Below the pieces are notes generated by a model that did no database searches, was not told the DNA's origin, and saw only the letters and a program-made list of their open reading frames with translations. This document shows, one piece after another, positions 50,701-60,296 of a stretch of DNA of 64,000 nucleotides; within the stretch, counting starts at the first letter, position 1; every line of letters starts with the position of its first letter. The stretch covers positions 310,001-374,000 of the forward strand of contig JAKMXF010000233.1 in NCBI GenBank assembly GCA_024704765.1, in the 5' to 3' direction. The translations under genes were made by a program, and so were the position numbers. This DNA is from Oopsacas minuta (lineage: Eukaryota; Animalia; Porifera).

Positions 50701-51639
50701 GAAAAATGCTACCTCGTTTCCCCGATAGTGGAGGTTCATTCGTTGGGATAGGAATAAGTAATGCTTTTCCCTCCGTTTCGAGAACTCGTTTGAGGAGATT
50801 ATACTGTACCTCGCATAATTGAGTTGACAATTACGTAATTGTATACATCTATTTTTAGAAATGGATGGATTATGGCAAACCCAGCACTTTCTGGATATCA
50901 GGCTTCTTCTTCACTCAGGCATTCTTAACAGGAGCTCTACAGAACTATGCTAGGAAATACACTATACCTATTGATAGACTGGGTTTCCAATTCAAAGTGA
51001 GATACAACGGAGTTCGCCTATTAGCAAATCGTATTTATCATAAATATCCTTCCTAATTACTAATATGTGAACACCACCGTAGTTATTGCGATTAGCTTTC
51101 TCCACATTCGGTATTTATCATGATCCATATCCGTCTCTGTTTAGATATTACAAGTAGATCACATGGAAAAACATCCTGAGGACGGTGTATACGTACACGG
51201 TCTGTATCTAGACGGTGCTAGATGGGACAGGAAGAAGGGAGTGTTAGGAGAACAGTTCCCTAAAGCTCTATATGATCTGGTTCCTGTCATATGGATGAAA
51301 CCAGGTTTGTCAAATTTATGGCAGTATTAGGTCACTGTTAGTTGGAAACTTGTTTCAGCTCCACTTCCCGCATCAAGTTTACCTGCCGCGTGAATAGTAG
51401 TGATTTTATCTTCACAGACCTCCTTTAACATTTATTTATTGCTCCTAGAACAACGAGATAACATGCTTGATACTACTGCCTACCAATGTCCTGTGTATAA
51501 AACCTCAGAGCGTAGAGGGGTACTATCAACAACTGGTCACTCAACTAACTACGTACTTCCTGTCATGATTCCAACTGACAAACCTGTGTCACATTGGATC
51601 AATCGAGGTGTTGCTATGCTTTGTCAGCTGGATGATTAG
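26716..51639 (+). CDS. DNAH12: Axonemal inner-arm dynein heavy chain, most similar to DNAH12; 57 exons by manual tracing
   Basis: P-loops [16 protein letters not shown] (split by an intron), GPTGTGKS and GVGGSGRQS; [42 protein letters not shown]; C-terminus [36 protein letters not shown]-terminal [22 protein letters not shown] and P2-adjacent [11 protein letters not shown] favour DNAH12 over DNAH3/7. Start ATG at 26716 inferred from the phase of intron 26800-26884. Confidence 0.9.
31119..31282. mobile_element. MITE family A copy in dynein intron
   Basis: Core ggccatatttgtacaatttc and terminal GGAGTTGACTG. Confidence 0.75.
31521..31851 (+). mobile_element. MITE family C copy in dynein intron
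   Basis: TTA|GGTCCCTG..aacttgtttcagc..gtggagatgaaacaagtttccaactaacagtg. Confidence 0.8.
36572..36722. mobile_element. MITE family A copy in dynein intron
   Basis: caagggaccgcg..gacggtttgggaccatattcgtacaatt..GACGGGAGTTGACTG|TA. Confidence 0.8.
37364..37648 (-). mobile_element. MITE family C inverted copy in dynein intron
   Basis: Reverse complement of the 31540-31835 core; lacks the outer TIR bases. Confidence 0.8.
38247..38254 (+). promoter_or_regulatory. TATA box candidate for the nested DAPP1-like gene
   Basis: TATAAATA about 40 nt upstream of the ATG at 38288. Confidence 0.5.
38288..39148 (+). CDS. DAPP1: SH2 + PH adaptor (DAPP1/Bam32-like), intronless, nested on the same strand in dynein intron 37837-39452
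   Basis: 286-aa ORF; SH2 ([42 protein letters not shown]) followed by PH ([18 protein letters not shown]). TATAAATA at 38247-38254 and AATAAA at about 39184. Flanking dynein exons join in frame (W codon split TG|G) without it. Confidence 0.88.
   Translation: MIQYPKLSLHHVQTPTIELNPPLIRLGPEEEEWQALLEEIEAKVDFFHLDMDRHVADCYLMQSGCLGTFLLRNSSLHGEDYYNLVLSVRGYHSVKHFQVKWDGQNIMFGLRTFNNFDSFLQHIDSTPILGESSGSFLRIKQGLSKSSSGNNFDSICACTYDFESIDPVFRSPSPSPDLSIASKEGYLSVQSQYLKKWQTIWVVINKMVLSCYKNKENKKPYQSYNLKDFTVEIDPDSPLKNGFKLVNNNKFVVFRSNTNEGVRGWMYLIGWKIQNNRDSLTLSGSK
46040..46139. mobile_element. MITE family B (TA|CAGTGTAACCTCCACAAACGG TIR); related copies at about 1-33, 10402-10476, 17903-18009, 23735-23818, 39884-40049 and 50665-50800
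   Basis: TA|CAGTGTAACCGCCACAAAC ... TTTACACTG|TA; a shared internal gacgccgaaaa(a)tgctac motif recurs among the copies. Confidence 0.7.
46152..46306. mobile_element. MITE family A copy abutting a dynein acceptor site
   Basis: TA|CAGTAAACTCCCATTATATTGAAG ... CTTCGATATAACAGGAGTTTACTG|TA. Confidence 0.8.
49010..49245. mobile_element. MITE family A forward copy plus inverted partial copy. Further fragments at about 12171, 14240, 14960, 19975, 22100, 35245, 40930, 61770 and 63620
   Basis: Two cores in opposite orientation ending AAGAGTTGACTG|TA. Confidence 0.75.
49344..49586 (-). CDS. 80-aa single-pass membrane micro-protein with C-terminal PPNY (PPxY) motif, nested antisense in dynein intron 48999-49821
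   Basis: ATG ORF with a hydrophobic run ([25 protein letters not shown]), juxtamembrane Cys residues and a PPPNY end; TATA-like TATATATA about 25 nt upstream and AATAAA about 40 nt downstream on the minus strand. Confidence 0.6.
   Translation of the reverse strand: MMDTNSDVITLVLIIVIVCYLPMITYAVCLSFTKVWCEKLCFGKGFRIDAVGSMTSIQEVESSRESWKGCTPPPNYGSVV
51330..51429 (-). mobile_element. MITE family C internally deleted fragment
   Basis: TTA|GGTCACTGTTAGTTGGAAACTTGTTTCAGCTCCAC followed by a deleted core. Confidence 0.7.
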
Positions 51640-52379
51640 TTTGTTTGTGTTTACTTTATGTGTTATTCCCAAATTTTGATTCCGAATTTAAGATCTAAAA
51701 TTGGTTATTCTACAGACTCGATTTTCCTTTATTTCACTTATTCCCTACCTATAATGTGTCTATCTAATTTATTGTTATTTATTTATACTCGGATAAGTCA
51801 TATTCCTTCGGGAAACAAAATTAGTACAAACTAGTACTATCCGAGTATACGTCTTATCTGAATAGAGATTGTATTAAAATGAATGGGAACTCAATATCTT
51901 GTTTGAAAGAAGTATTACGTATTCCCCGAGTTCTACACTTCTACTGTATTTGCAAAGTTTGGCTTAATAGGTGATTTTCAAGGCAGGATTCAAGATACGA
52001 AATATTTTGTTTAATTGAGACAAACTCTCTAGTAAACATCCCAAAATGCGTAACACTTAATTCTTAGGGAAAAAGTATACACAGTGAAACCTAGTAAATA
52101 CGGATTCCGGTTAAAGCGAACAAATTTTGATCGTCCGTCCGTTGGTGTTCGTATTAACGAGGTTCCACCATACACACACCCAAACTTTAAATATATATAT
52201 TCCTTATGAACCCTGGTCAATAATCACAATTCCCAAACAATTAGTGAATGTATGTACTTATGTTTCGAGACTATTCACAATACACAAACAATACAGTACC
52301 ATGTAAATTCTATAGAACCTATTATGCCATATTGTATATATAGAGATATTATGTACAACTTCTAATTAATCGTTCAGCT

Positions 52380-53597
52380 ATGTCGCATTCACTATCTTCT
52401 GCCTACCAACACAATGAGCTATCGTCCGAATTAGACATCCAAATGATTTTAGATTATTTTCTGAAGAATGGATGTAAAGTACATAATATTACGTTGGTGA
52501 AAGATTTTCAATATTTCCTAAGGAAGACAGAAGGGCAAGCACAAAACCGATTGCTTTTCAAGGAATATGTTGATAAATTGACTGAAATGAAAAAGGAAGC
52601 GAATGGTGACAAGTACTTGGTTTTAAAAGAAGAATATCGAAGCAGACGTCCTAAAAATAGTGATACAAAAATGCCGTATTTGGGATACAGATTGTCATAC
52701 CAGAATTCGCCACCTTCCGTGCTTAACAGCAACGACTCCCCAACCCTGCCGACCAAACAGAGACACCCTGGCCCTCAAATGCGGGTCCCCTCTGAACAGA
52801 ATCTCATATCACCTTCAATGTCCAAGAAAGCAACGAATTATCCCAGTCCAATTCTCCCTCAGCGTTCTGAGACTTTCACCACAAATTCTCGCACAACTAC
52901 ACCAACGCTTGGAGGTGGGAAAGCGCGCCAGGAGCTTACTAGTTTTATGCCAGCTGGACTTCGAGATTTTCGCGATATCGATTCCATACACTCGTCAGAA
53001 CCAGATCGTTCCTCCACTGATTTCAGTCGTAGCCTTGAGCATGCTTGGGTAACTGCATGTGTTACCGGTAATGATGAACAGATACATAGAATGCTTCTAG
53101 AAGATTCTAATTTCTGTCACTATCAGGACTACATATATGGTTATACTGGATTGCATTGGGCAGCGAAACAAGGACATATTGAGATAATAGCTTCTCTACT
53201 GATGGCTGGGGCCGATGTGAATACAAGATCATTTGGGGGACATTCTCCGTTACATCTGGCAGCCCAGCAAAATCGAGAAAAGGTGATAGAATTCTTTGTG
53301 AATCAATGTGCCGCGGATATCGACACACGTGACAATTACGGTAAACCACCATCTGATTATCTTCCTGATTTCGCTTCGAAACGTAGCAAATATTGGCTTA
53401 GAAAGGAACACAACACTTCTGTATATTCTCCATTACATTATGCCCAGCCTAAACCAGAGGGCAGGAAGCTATTCGGGTCTCAGGGCGAGCTGAGCACTTT
53501 GGAAAGGACTGCTTCAAGAATTCGTGTCAGTTTCAGAAGGAAAAGTAAGACTCTTGGTCTACAGCGTGCTAACACAGTTAGTGCGATTAATAGCTAG
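52380..53597 (+). CDS. SOWAH: Sosondowah-family ankyrin repeat protein, intronless
   Basis: 405 aa; N-terminal ILDYFLKNGCKVHNITLVKDF (SOWAH winged-helix-like start), then LEHAWV..DYIYGYTGLHWAAKQG..GHSPLHLAA..IDTRDNYGKPPSDYL. Confidence 0.8.
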   Translation: MSHSLSSAYQHNELSSELDIQMILDYFLKNGCKVHNITLVKDFQYFLRKTEGQAQNRLLFKEYVDKLTEMKKEANGDKYLVLKEEYRSRRPKNSDTKMPYLGYRLSYQNSPPSVLNSNDSPTLPTKQRHPGPQMRVPSEQNLISPSMSKKATNYPSPILPQRSETFTTNSRTTTPTLGGGKARQELTSFMPAGLRDFRDIDSIHSSEPDRSSTDFSRSLEHAWVTACVTGNDEQIHRMLLEDSNFCHYQDYIYGYTGLHWAAKQGHIEIIASLLMAGADVNTRSFGGHSPLHLAAQQNREKVIEFFVNQCAADIDTRDNYGKPPSDYLPDFASKRSKYWLRKEHNTSVYSPLHYAQPKPEGRKLFGSQGELSTLERTASRIRVSFRRKSKTLGLQRANTVSAINS

Positions 53598-55163
53598 AAG
53601 AAGTGAGTCTACACGTTATTATTTCCTAATATAGACATACGGGTTTATTATGCAACCACTTCATGATAGTTTTGATTATTTTATCACCTTTTTGGATATA
53701 AAATATATAATTTTATTGTTTCATATTTTTTGAGGGATTGTTACTGTTCCTACAACTCTTGCAATTCAATTTGGTGCTAATTTAGTTTATCGTACTGAAA
53801 CTGTAACCATTTTGATTACAATAATTACTAGAGGAGTAAGATAATTTTCGTGTACTTGTTAATGATAATTTCATTATTGCTTACTTGTAATTCTTGTTTA
53901 TCGTATTCAAAATATTTATCATTGCAAACTTCCAACTTCTGTGATTTAACATTACAGCATTGCGACGATGCAACTCTTGTTAGTTGTAATATATTTGCAC
54001 ACCTCAGGGGTCAGGGCAATCATTAATTGTCTATAGAAGGCCACTATGAATAGCTATGTACGCAGAATTTAGGAAATCTGTAGCTGGTTTTATTGTTGAA
54101 TAATCAACAAAGTTCATTGATTTTACAAGATTGCTTTTTTCAATGTCTTAACATTCTTGATAGCAAATATTTTCTTGTGTAACTCATGGAGTATCCGTCA
54201 TCTGTAATCACAAGAACATATACATCACTTTGTTATGTGTATTATCACTCTAAATCAAATGATAACAATTCCACATGACCGCTGGTATTACGCGAACTCT
54301 GTTAAAGTTTAATTTAGTTCTTAATTAACTAGCAAATTCTAAAAACATTGTAATTAGGTTTCTAATGATTTAGAGATGAGATTTGAATAGCACAGATGTT
54401 TGCCACTCTGTTATAGATTCATGTAACAATATCGAATCCGATAAATGAACAGTAAAGCGTGTCATAACACGATCACAGTTAAATGCTCGAATAAACTTTC
54501 TAATAATTTCATAATTATTGGAGCATACTATTGTCGTTATTTTGAAGCGCAATTTTAGTTGTTTGGTTAACCTACGATTGCGCTTGGATGCAAATGTGGA
54601 GTATTGGAATGCATTCGTTTATTTGTGCATAAATTCGGATAATGTTGTTTAGTTCAATTCATGTGGTAACAACAATCAAAACGATACAATGTATCTGTTC
54701 TAGTTTCCTAACTATAATTTCTCGCCCCTGCTATTTGGTACAGACTATTGTCAGCCACCAGGGGTTTATCTAAGTGCTTGGCGCCAGTTCTGCAGCCATG
54801 AAAAACAAAAGTGCCGACTGTGGAACTGAAATTTGTACAGGATCAATAGGTTACAGTCCAATTAAATTCGATCCTAGGAGAGTCCTTGCAAGAAATAGTA
54901 CCAGAAATTCATGGATAAATCCCTGATCATACACTCCCTATGAGGGTTGGAGGGGAGTCATTCTTTTCAGAGGGCTACAAAATTTGAAATTGGATTAATA
55001 TAATATGTTTTGTGTGAAATAATTCGTCCGGCTAGGACCCCTGAGTACAATACCCCTCACTCCCCCGATATAATTCATACCGAAATTTTTAAGTTTTCAA
55101 TCGAATTGTAATTGTGACTATTTTCCATATTTATACCTTCTCACAGAATTTTTGACCAATCAG

Positions 55164-58100
55164 ATGTCATCTGACACTCAGACAAGTGAGACAGAGGACG
55201 AGTATATGTCTGAGATCAGTCACAATACTTATAACCTCTCCAACGTGTTACAAACTCCAGCACATGTTTTTGGGCCGCCCCCGCGTAATATTCCACCTCT
55301 TATGCCACCAAATACTTCTCAAAGTGTGCCACCTCCTCCCTTAATTATGCCACCTGCTTTTGATCCAAAATCGATGCCTTTCTTGGTGCCTCCAGTGTGT
55401 ATGCCACTCCCACCACCATTCACACCTCCTCCTGTTACTGTTGTCAAACCTGGAAATGGTAAACCACTCATCCCACCACCTTTCCCTCCATTAATCGACC
55501 CCAATAATCCTCTCAAAATGACACCATTTTCTGAGCCATCAACCATACCCAGTGCGCCAACTACCATGCCATCTCTACCGACCCATTTCGACCCCCAAAT
55601 AATCCCTCCCTTCCCTCCACCTGCAATCCCAGTCACTCTTGAACTACCCAATATGAGACACCACGAGCCAATTTTGACACCAATGCAACTTCCAAAGCCA
55701 CCATTTGGACAAACTGTGTCACAAATTAGTCAACCTGAACACGAGTCGCACATCAGACCGCCGGTGCCACAATTCCCACCATTTAGACCACCTGAAATAC
55801 TAGAAAGCCAAAAAGAGTCACAAAATGACCTTCCTAGGCAAAATATACCACTTGGAGAAGCACAATTGCCACCTTATCCACCACTTATGCCACCATTTGG
55901 AACATCTATACGGATGGAAAATCCAAATGTATCGCAAAATGAACCAATTAGGCCCATTGTATCCGTTGGAGAGCCACAATTGCGACCGCCTTTCCCACCA
56001 TTTGGACCACCTGTATCACAATTTAGTCCACCCGAACAATTACATGAGAGTCTTAGGGAGTCGCATATCAGACCACCAGTGCCAACATTTTCACCATTCG
56101 TGCCACAATTTGCACCACCTGAAATACTAGAAAAACCAAGAATATCACAAAATGAACCTCCTATGTCGAGTGCCTCCCCTCGAGAATCACAGTTACTACC
56201 ACCTTTTCCACCACTTGTGCCACCATTTAGACCACCTGAGATTAGAGAAAACGAAATACAGAAAGAATATCTTGGACCTCTTGGAGAGCCACAATTTCGG
56301 CCACCTGCGCCATCTTTTAGGTTACCTGGTCCACCATTTGTTCCACCTGAATTAGCGTCACAAAATGAGCCAATTAGGCCAAGTGTTTCTCTTGGAGAGC
56401 CACAAATTATGCCACCATTTCCTCCACTTGTCCCTCCGTTTAGACCACCTGAGCTCAGAGAAAACCCCGACGAATCACAAAAAGAATGTCTTGGACTCCT
56501 TGGAGAGCCACTATCGCTGCCACCTGCGCCACCATTTATACCTGAGCTGAAAGAAAATGAATCTCATGGAGACCCACAATTACGGCCACCTTTTCCACCA
56601 TTTGGACCACCTGTGTCTCAATTCAGTCCACCTGAACAAGAGAGTCATATAGAGCAACATAACAGACCACCTGTGCCACCTTTTGGGTTACCTGTGCCAC
56701 TTTTTAGACCACCTGAAATTCAAGATAAATCTAACGAATCTCTTAGGCCAAGTGTATCCCTTGGAGAGCCACAATTAAGGCCACACTTTCTACCATTTAG
56801 ACCACCTGAACTTAGAGAAATGTCACAGAAATCGCCAAACGAACCACAAAATGAAACATTTGGACCTCATGCACCTCTTGGAGATCCACAAATGCGAGCA
56901 CCTCTTCCATCACTTGGACAACTTAGGCCCATTGGTGAGCCACAATTCAGGCCACATTTTCCACCATTTCGACCACCTGAGCTCCGGGACAGTTCTAATG
57001 AACCACTTAGACCACCTCCACTACTACTCAGTCCACCTGTATCACTTATTTCAGATCCACAATTCCCTCCAAATATCTCCCAATCCCATTTCCCTCGTTT
57101 TCCACCTCCTCCACTTTCTGAGCCATCTGTGACACTTTTCACACCACATCCCACCAGTGAGACACAAAGCCCATTGGAGCAACAAAATATAGATATTTTG
57201 GAACTTGACAAAAATGTTCATATTGATGCAATTTCTGATCCACCCCACAGTGTTTCTGATTCATCTCCTATCACGCCACAACCTGAACCAACGCCTGTGC
57301 CACATTTCACACCTGATCCGACACAATCTACCACCAAACCACCCGACATGTGGATACCACTTTCCAGCCCTCAGGCACTCCAGGCAGAAAACAATCGTTT
57401 CCCGAATCCACCCCAGTTTCCTTCCCCTGTTCCACATTTTGAGTCTCCTCCGGTTCTAATCTCAGACCCACAGGCATTAACACCTGAAACTGAAACTATA
57501 CCTGCTACGATTATTTCCGCCCCAAAAGTGTCAACCTCCCATCCACCAATTGTGACACAATCACAGGCACCTGCGACACATAGTGAGAGATTTTCACACC
57601 TACCGCAACAAATATTTTCAGAAGAAATAGACTACGACCCAGAAATGGATATTCCTGGTCCACATTACCATTCTATGCCACATCATAGACCAACCATGGA
57701 TCAGCCATTCATGCGTCCACATTTTCAACCACAGAGGCATTATGGTCCACCTCCTGGAGACCAGTTTTACCCCCCTTATCCCTTGCAACACCCTATCAGA
57801 CACCCTCGCTATCGATATCGTGCTCCCATGGAGTACAGACCATTATATACTGAACACGTCACTATGGAAGGGAGAGTGTATTATCATAATCATGAGACTA
57901 TGCAATCATTTTGGGAACCACCACCTGATTTTGATGAACCGCCTGAACCACCAATTGACCCGCCACACCATTTCCAATCTCAGCGACAACTTGATGAGGC
58001 TGAGCCCGAAAAAATTAAAATGGAGAGTGGACCACCTCAGGACACAATCGTACCAACTAGGCCAGTTAACTCAACCCCTGTGCCAGGCTCGGAATGGTGT

Positions 58101-59612
58101 GTTGTTTGGACGAATGATGAAAAAGTATTTTTCTTCAATGCAGTTATAAATAAATCTGTATGGGTGATACCACCGGAAATTAAGGACCATCCGATCGCCA
58201 AAAAGCTCATGGAGCGAAATCCAGATTTGCCATTGGATACAGTAGAGAGCGAAGCCCCGTCGAAACGTGTTAAGATGACAGAGGAACAAGAAGGGAAAGA
58301 TTCAAGTGGTGAAGATGGTGTTGGTCAAATGGATGAAGGTATTGAAATTATTTTGCAACAATCATTGAAAGTAAAACTGCCTAAAAAAGCCAAAAATGAA
58401 ACAGCAATCAATGAAATTGAGGCAAGAAATATTCGTGCTTCAAAATCTCTTGAGGCTCGGACAATTGAATACAAGCAAATGTTATTAGACAGAGGCGTAT
58501 CGGCCTTCTCAACCTGGGAGAAAGAACAACCTAAAGTGGCCTTCGATCCTCGATATATCCTATTCACAGCCAAAGAAAGGAAATTAGTATTCGAGCAGTT
58601 CTCACAAGAAAGGATCCATGAGGAAAAACGCGAGAAGAATCTAGTAATAAAATTGAAAAGAGAAAGTTTTTTCAGTTTGCTGCAAGATGCTAAGATTGGT
58701 GTGAAATCATCTTACCATGATTTTAATTTAAAGTGGTCGAAAGATCCTCGCTTTAAAGAAATTGAGAAAGTTAGGGAACGCGAAAATCTGTTTTTCGAAT
58801 ACCAGGAGATTTTGAAGAAAAAATCCAAAATTCAGAATAAACAAAAAACTGTCGAAGCAACAACAAAAATCATCAAAGAAGAGCGAACCTCCAAAAAGGA
58901 TCGGGTTGAGGCGTCCCTTCGCGAGAGAGAACGAGAAGTATTTGAGAGTCGTCGCAACCAAGAAAGAGTACTCGAAGATCAGAGAAGTTTGCATAAAAGA
59001 GACGAAGCTAAGGTAATGTACAAATCTGTGCTAAATGAGATTGTAAAAGATACGAAAGCTGATTTCAAGTCTTTTGAAAAAGAATTGAGATTAAATGCAG
59101 AATTTGATGAGAATTTCTATAGTTTATCACGTGACGAACGAGAGAATTATTTCGAACACCATCTTGACCATCTACAAAGCAAAAAGCGTAGCCAATTCCA
59201 AGCATGCATTGATGAGTGTGCCGACATCGATTTGTCAACACCTTTCAAAAAAGCGAGAAAATATATAAAAAACGATATTCGCTTTGAAGGACTTTCTAGT
59301 TCAGATAGCAAACGTGACAACGAATATAACAGATACTTACAGTCTAAAATAAAACTTGTAAAAGAGGATTTATTACAACTTCTGCGTGAAACAAAACTGA
59401 TCACATACAAGACGAAATCAAACTTGGAATCGAACCCAAAGTGCTTGCTTGAAATAGAGGAATTATTGAAGAATGATGTTAGATATCTGAATTTAGATTG
59501 TATAAGCGAAGAGAGGAGGGATGTCCTCCTGGAGTACATCGATGAGTTAGCTCAAAAGGGTGCTCCACCGCCCCCTACAGCTTCTAGTCCAAACAGAGCC
59601 CGTATTAAGTGA
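55164..59612 (+). CDS. TCERG1: Transcription elongation regulator 1 (CA150): WW + FF domains with a very long Pro-rich repeat N-terminus, in a single coding exon
   Basis: First ATG at 55164. WW domains YTEHVTMEGRVYYHNHETMQSFWEPP and PVPGSEWCVVWTNDEKVFFFN; FF domains MLLDRGVSAFSTWEKE..FDPRY, KWSKDPRFK, EASLREREREV; C-terminus GAPPPPTASSPNRARIK matches the TCERG1 end. An acceptor-like AG at 55146 leaves an upstream exon possible. Confidence 0.93.
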   Translation: MSSDTQTSETEDEYMSEISHNTYNLSNVLQTPAHVFGPPPRNIPPLMPPNTSQSVPPPPLIMPPAFDPKSMPFLVPPVCMPLPPPFTPPPVTVVKPGNGKPLIPPPFPPLIDPNNPLKMTPFSEPSTIPSAPTTMPSLPTHFDPQIIPPFPPPAIPVTLELPNMRHHEPILTPMQLPKPPFGQTVSQISQPEHESHIRPPVPQFPPFRPPEILESQKESQNDLPRQNIPLGEAQLPPYPPLMPPFGTSIRMENPNVSQNEPIRPIVSVGEPQLRPPFPPFGPPVSQFSPPEQLHESLRESHIRPPVPTFSPFVPQFAPPEILEKPRISQNEPPMSSASPRESQLLPPFPPLVPPFRPPEIRENEIQKEYLGPLGEPQFRPPAPSFRLPGPPFVPPELASQNEPIRPSVSLGEPQIMPPFPPLVPPFRPPELRENPDESQKECLGLLGEPLSLPPAPPFIPELKENESHGDPQLRPPFPPFGPPVSQFSPPEQESHIEQHNRPPVPPFGLPVPLFRPPEIQDKSNESLRPSVSLGEPQLRPHFLPFRPPELREMSQKSPNEPQNETFGPHAPLGDPQMRAPLPSLGQLRPIGEPQFRPHFPPFRPPELRDSSNEPLRPPPLLLSPPVSLISDPQFPPNISQSHFPRFPPPPLSEPSVTLFTPHPTSETQSPLEQQNIDILELDKNVHIDAISDPPHSVSDSSPITPQPEPTPVPHFTPDPTQSTTKPPDMWIPLSSPQALQAENNRFPNPPQFPSPVPHFESPPVLISDPQALTPETETIPATIISAPKVSTSHPPIVTQSQAPATHSERFSHLPQQIFSEEIDYDPEMDIPGPHYHSMPHHRPTMDQPFMRPHFQPQRHYGPPPGDQFYPPYPLQHPIRHPRYRYRAPMEYRPLYTEHVTMEGRVYYHNHETMQSFWEPPPDFDEPPEPPIDPPHHFQSQRQLDEAEPEKIKMESGPPQDTIVPTRPVNSTPVPGSEWCVVWTNDEKVFFFNAVINKSVWVIPPEIKDHPIAKKLMERNPDLPLDTVESEAPSKRVKMTEEQEGKDSSGEDGVGQMDEGIEIILQQSLKVKLPKKAKNETAINEIEARNIRASKSLEARTIEYKQMLLDRGVSAFSTWEKEQPKVAFDPRYILFTAKERKLVFEQFSQERIHEEKREKNLVIKLKRESFFSLLQDAKIGVKSSYHDFNLKWSKDPRFKEIEKVRERENLFFEYQEILKKKSKIQNKQKTVEATTKIIKEERTSKKDRVEASLREREREVFESRRNQERVLEDQRSLHKRDEAKVMYKSVLNEIVKDTKADFKSFEKELRLNAEFDENFYSLSRDERENYFEHHLDHLQSKKRSQFQACIDECADIDLSTPFKKARKYIKNDIRFEGLSSSDSKRDNEYNRYLQSKIKLVKEDLLQLLRETKLITYKTKSNLESNPKCLLEIEELLKNDVRYLNLDCISEERRDVLLEYIDELAQKGAPPPPTASSPNRARIK
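55730..57070 (+). repeat. Intragenic imperfect tandem repeat encoding about 12 G[ED]PQ-x-RPP-F-PP-F-RPPE units
   Basis: Recurrent cttggagagccacaatt / ccaccatttagaccacctga at DNA level; units such as VGEPQLRPPFPPFGPPVSQFSPPEQ and HGDPQLRPPFPPFGPPVSQFSPPEQ are near-identical. Confidence 0.85.
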
Positions 59613-60296
59613 TAAATGTTCTGAATTTATATTTACTTGAGTTTTGATTAAAGACATTCATAGAAAGTAGAATTGTTTAGTCTTTTTCTATCGGTAATAT
59701 ATCGGATATATAGACAGTGGCAGGACGAAAATGCACCGGATTTGCCCAATCCTAGGACTGCCCCTTATCATATTTTCCAACCCCCATGGATTTCAAGTCA
59801 TATCTGGGGAAATATTGGAAATATTCGGCCGACTTATTTGCTATATTTTAGGATATTTTCGGGGTAACTTAAAATTCTGGGATTTGTTAATGGATGTTGT
59901 GGGTAATTTGTAAAGTTGTAAGTAAGTATGAGTGATTAATTGAACATAGGGGAGAAACAGAAGAATAAGGTTGAGAATCACTGGTTTAGACTTTAGAAGA
60001 TAATGATAGCAGTAAAATAAGATAATATCTTGTCAATAATAGAATATTTCATCCTACAATTCCCGCTCCAAGATTATTATACCAATTCCTGAAGAATTCA
60101 ACCTCTAACGCTATGGAATTATTCCCAGAATTGAGTCTTGTTCAAAAATGCTAATCGGGTAATACGAGATGGACTTTGATATCAAATAGGTTCATATTTA
60201 TATCAATTAACAGTTCATTTGAGATAAATTCAAGTTGAGGTCCTCATTATTTCGTCTCACTATTTTGCCTTCAGATTTCTGCAAAGATCCAACCAA

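Noticed and set aside
55730-57070. Repeat-spacer appearance suggesting a CRISPR-like array
   Set aside because: The repeats are degenerate, variable in length and in frame within a eukaryotic CDS; no cas genes.
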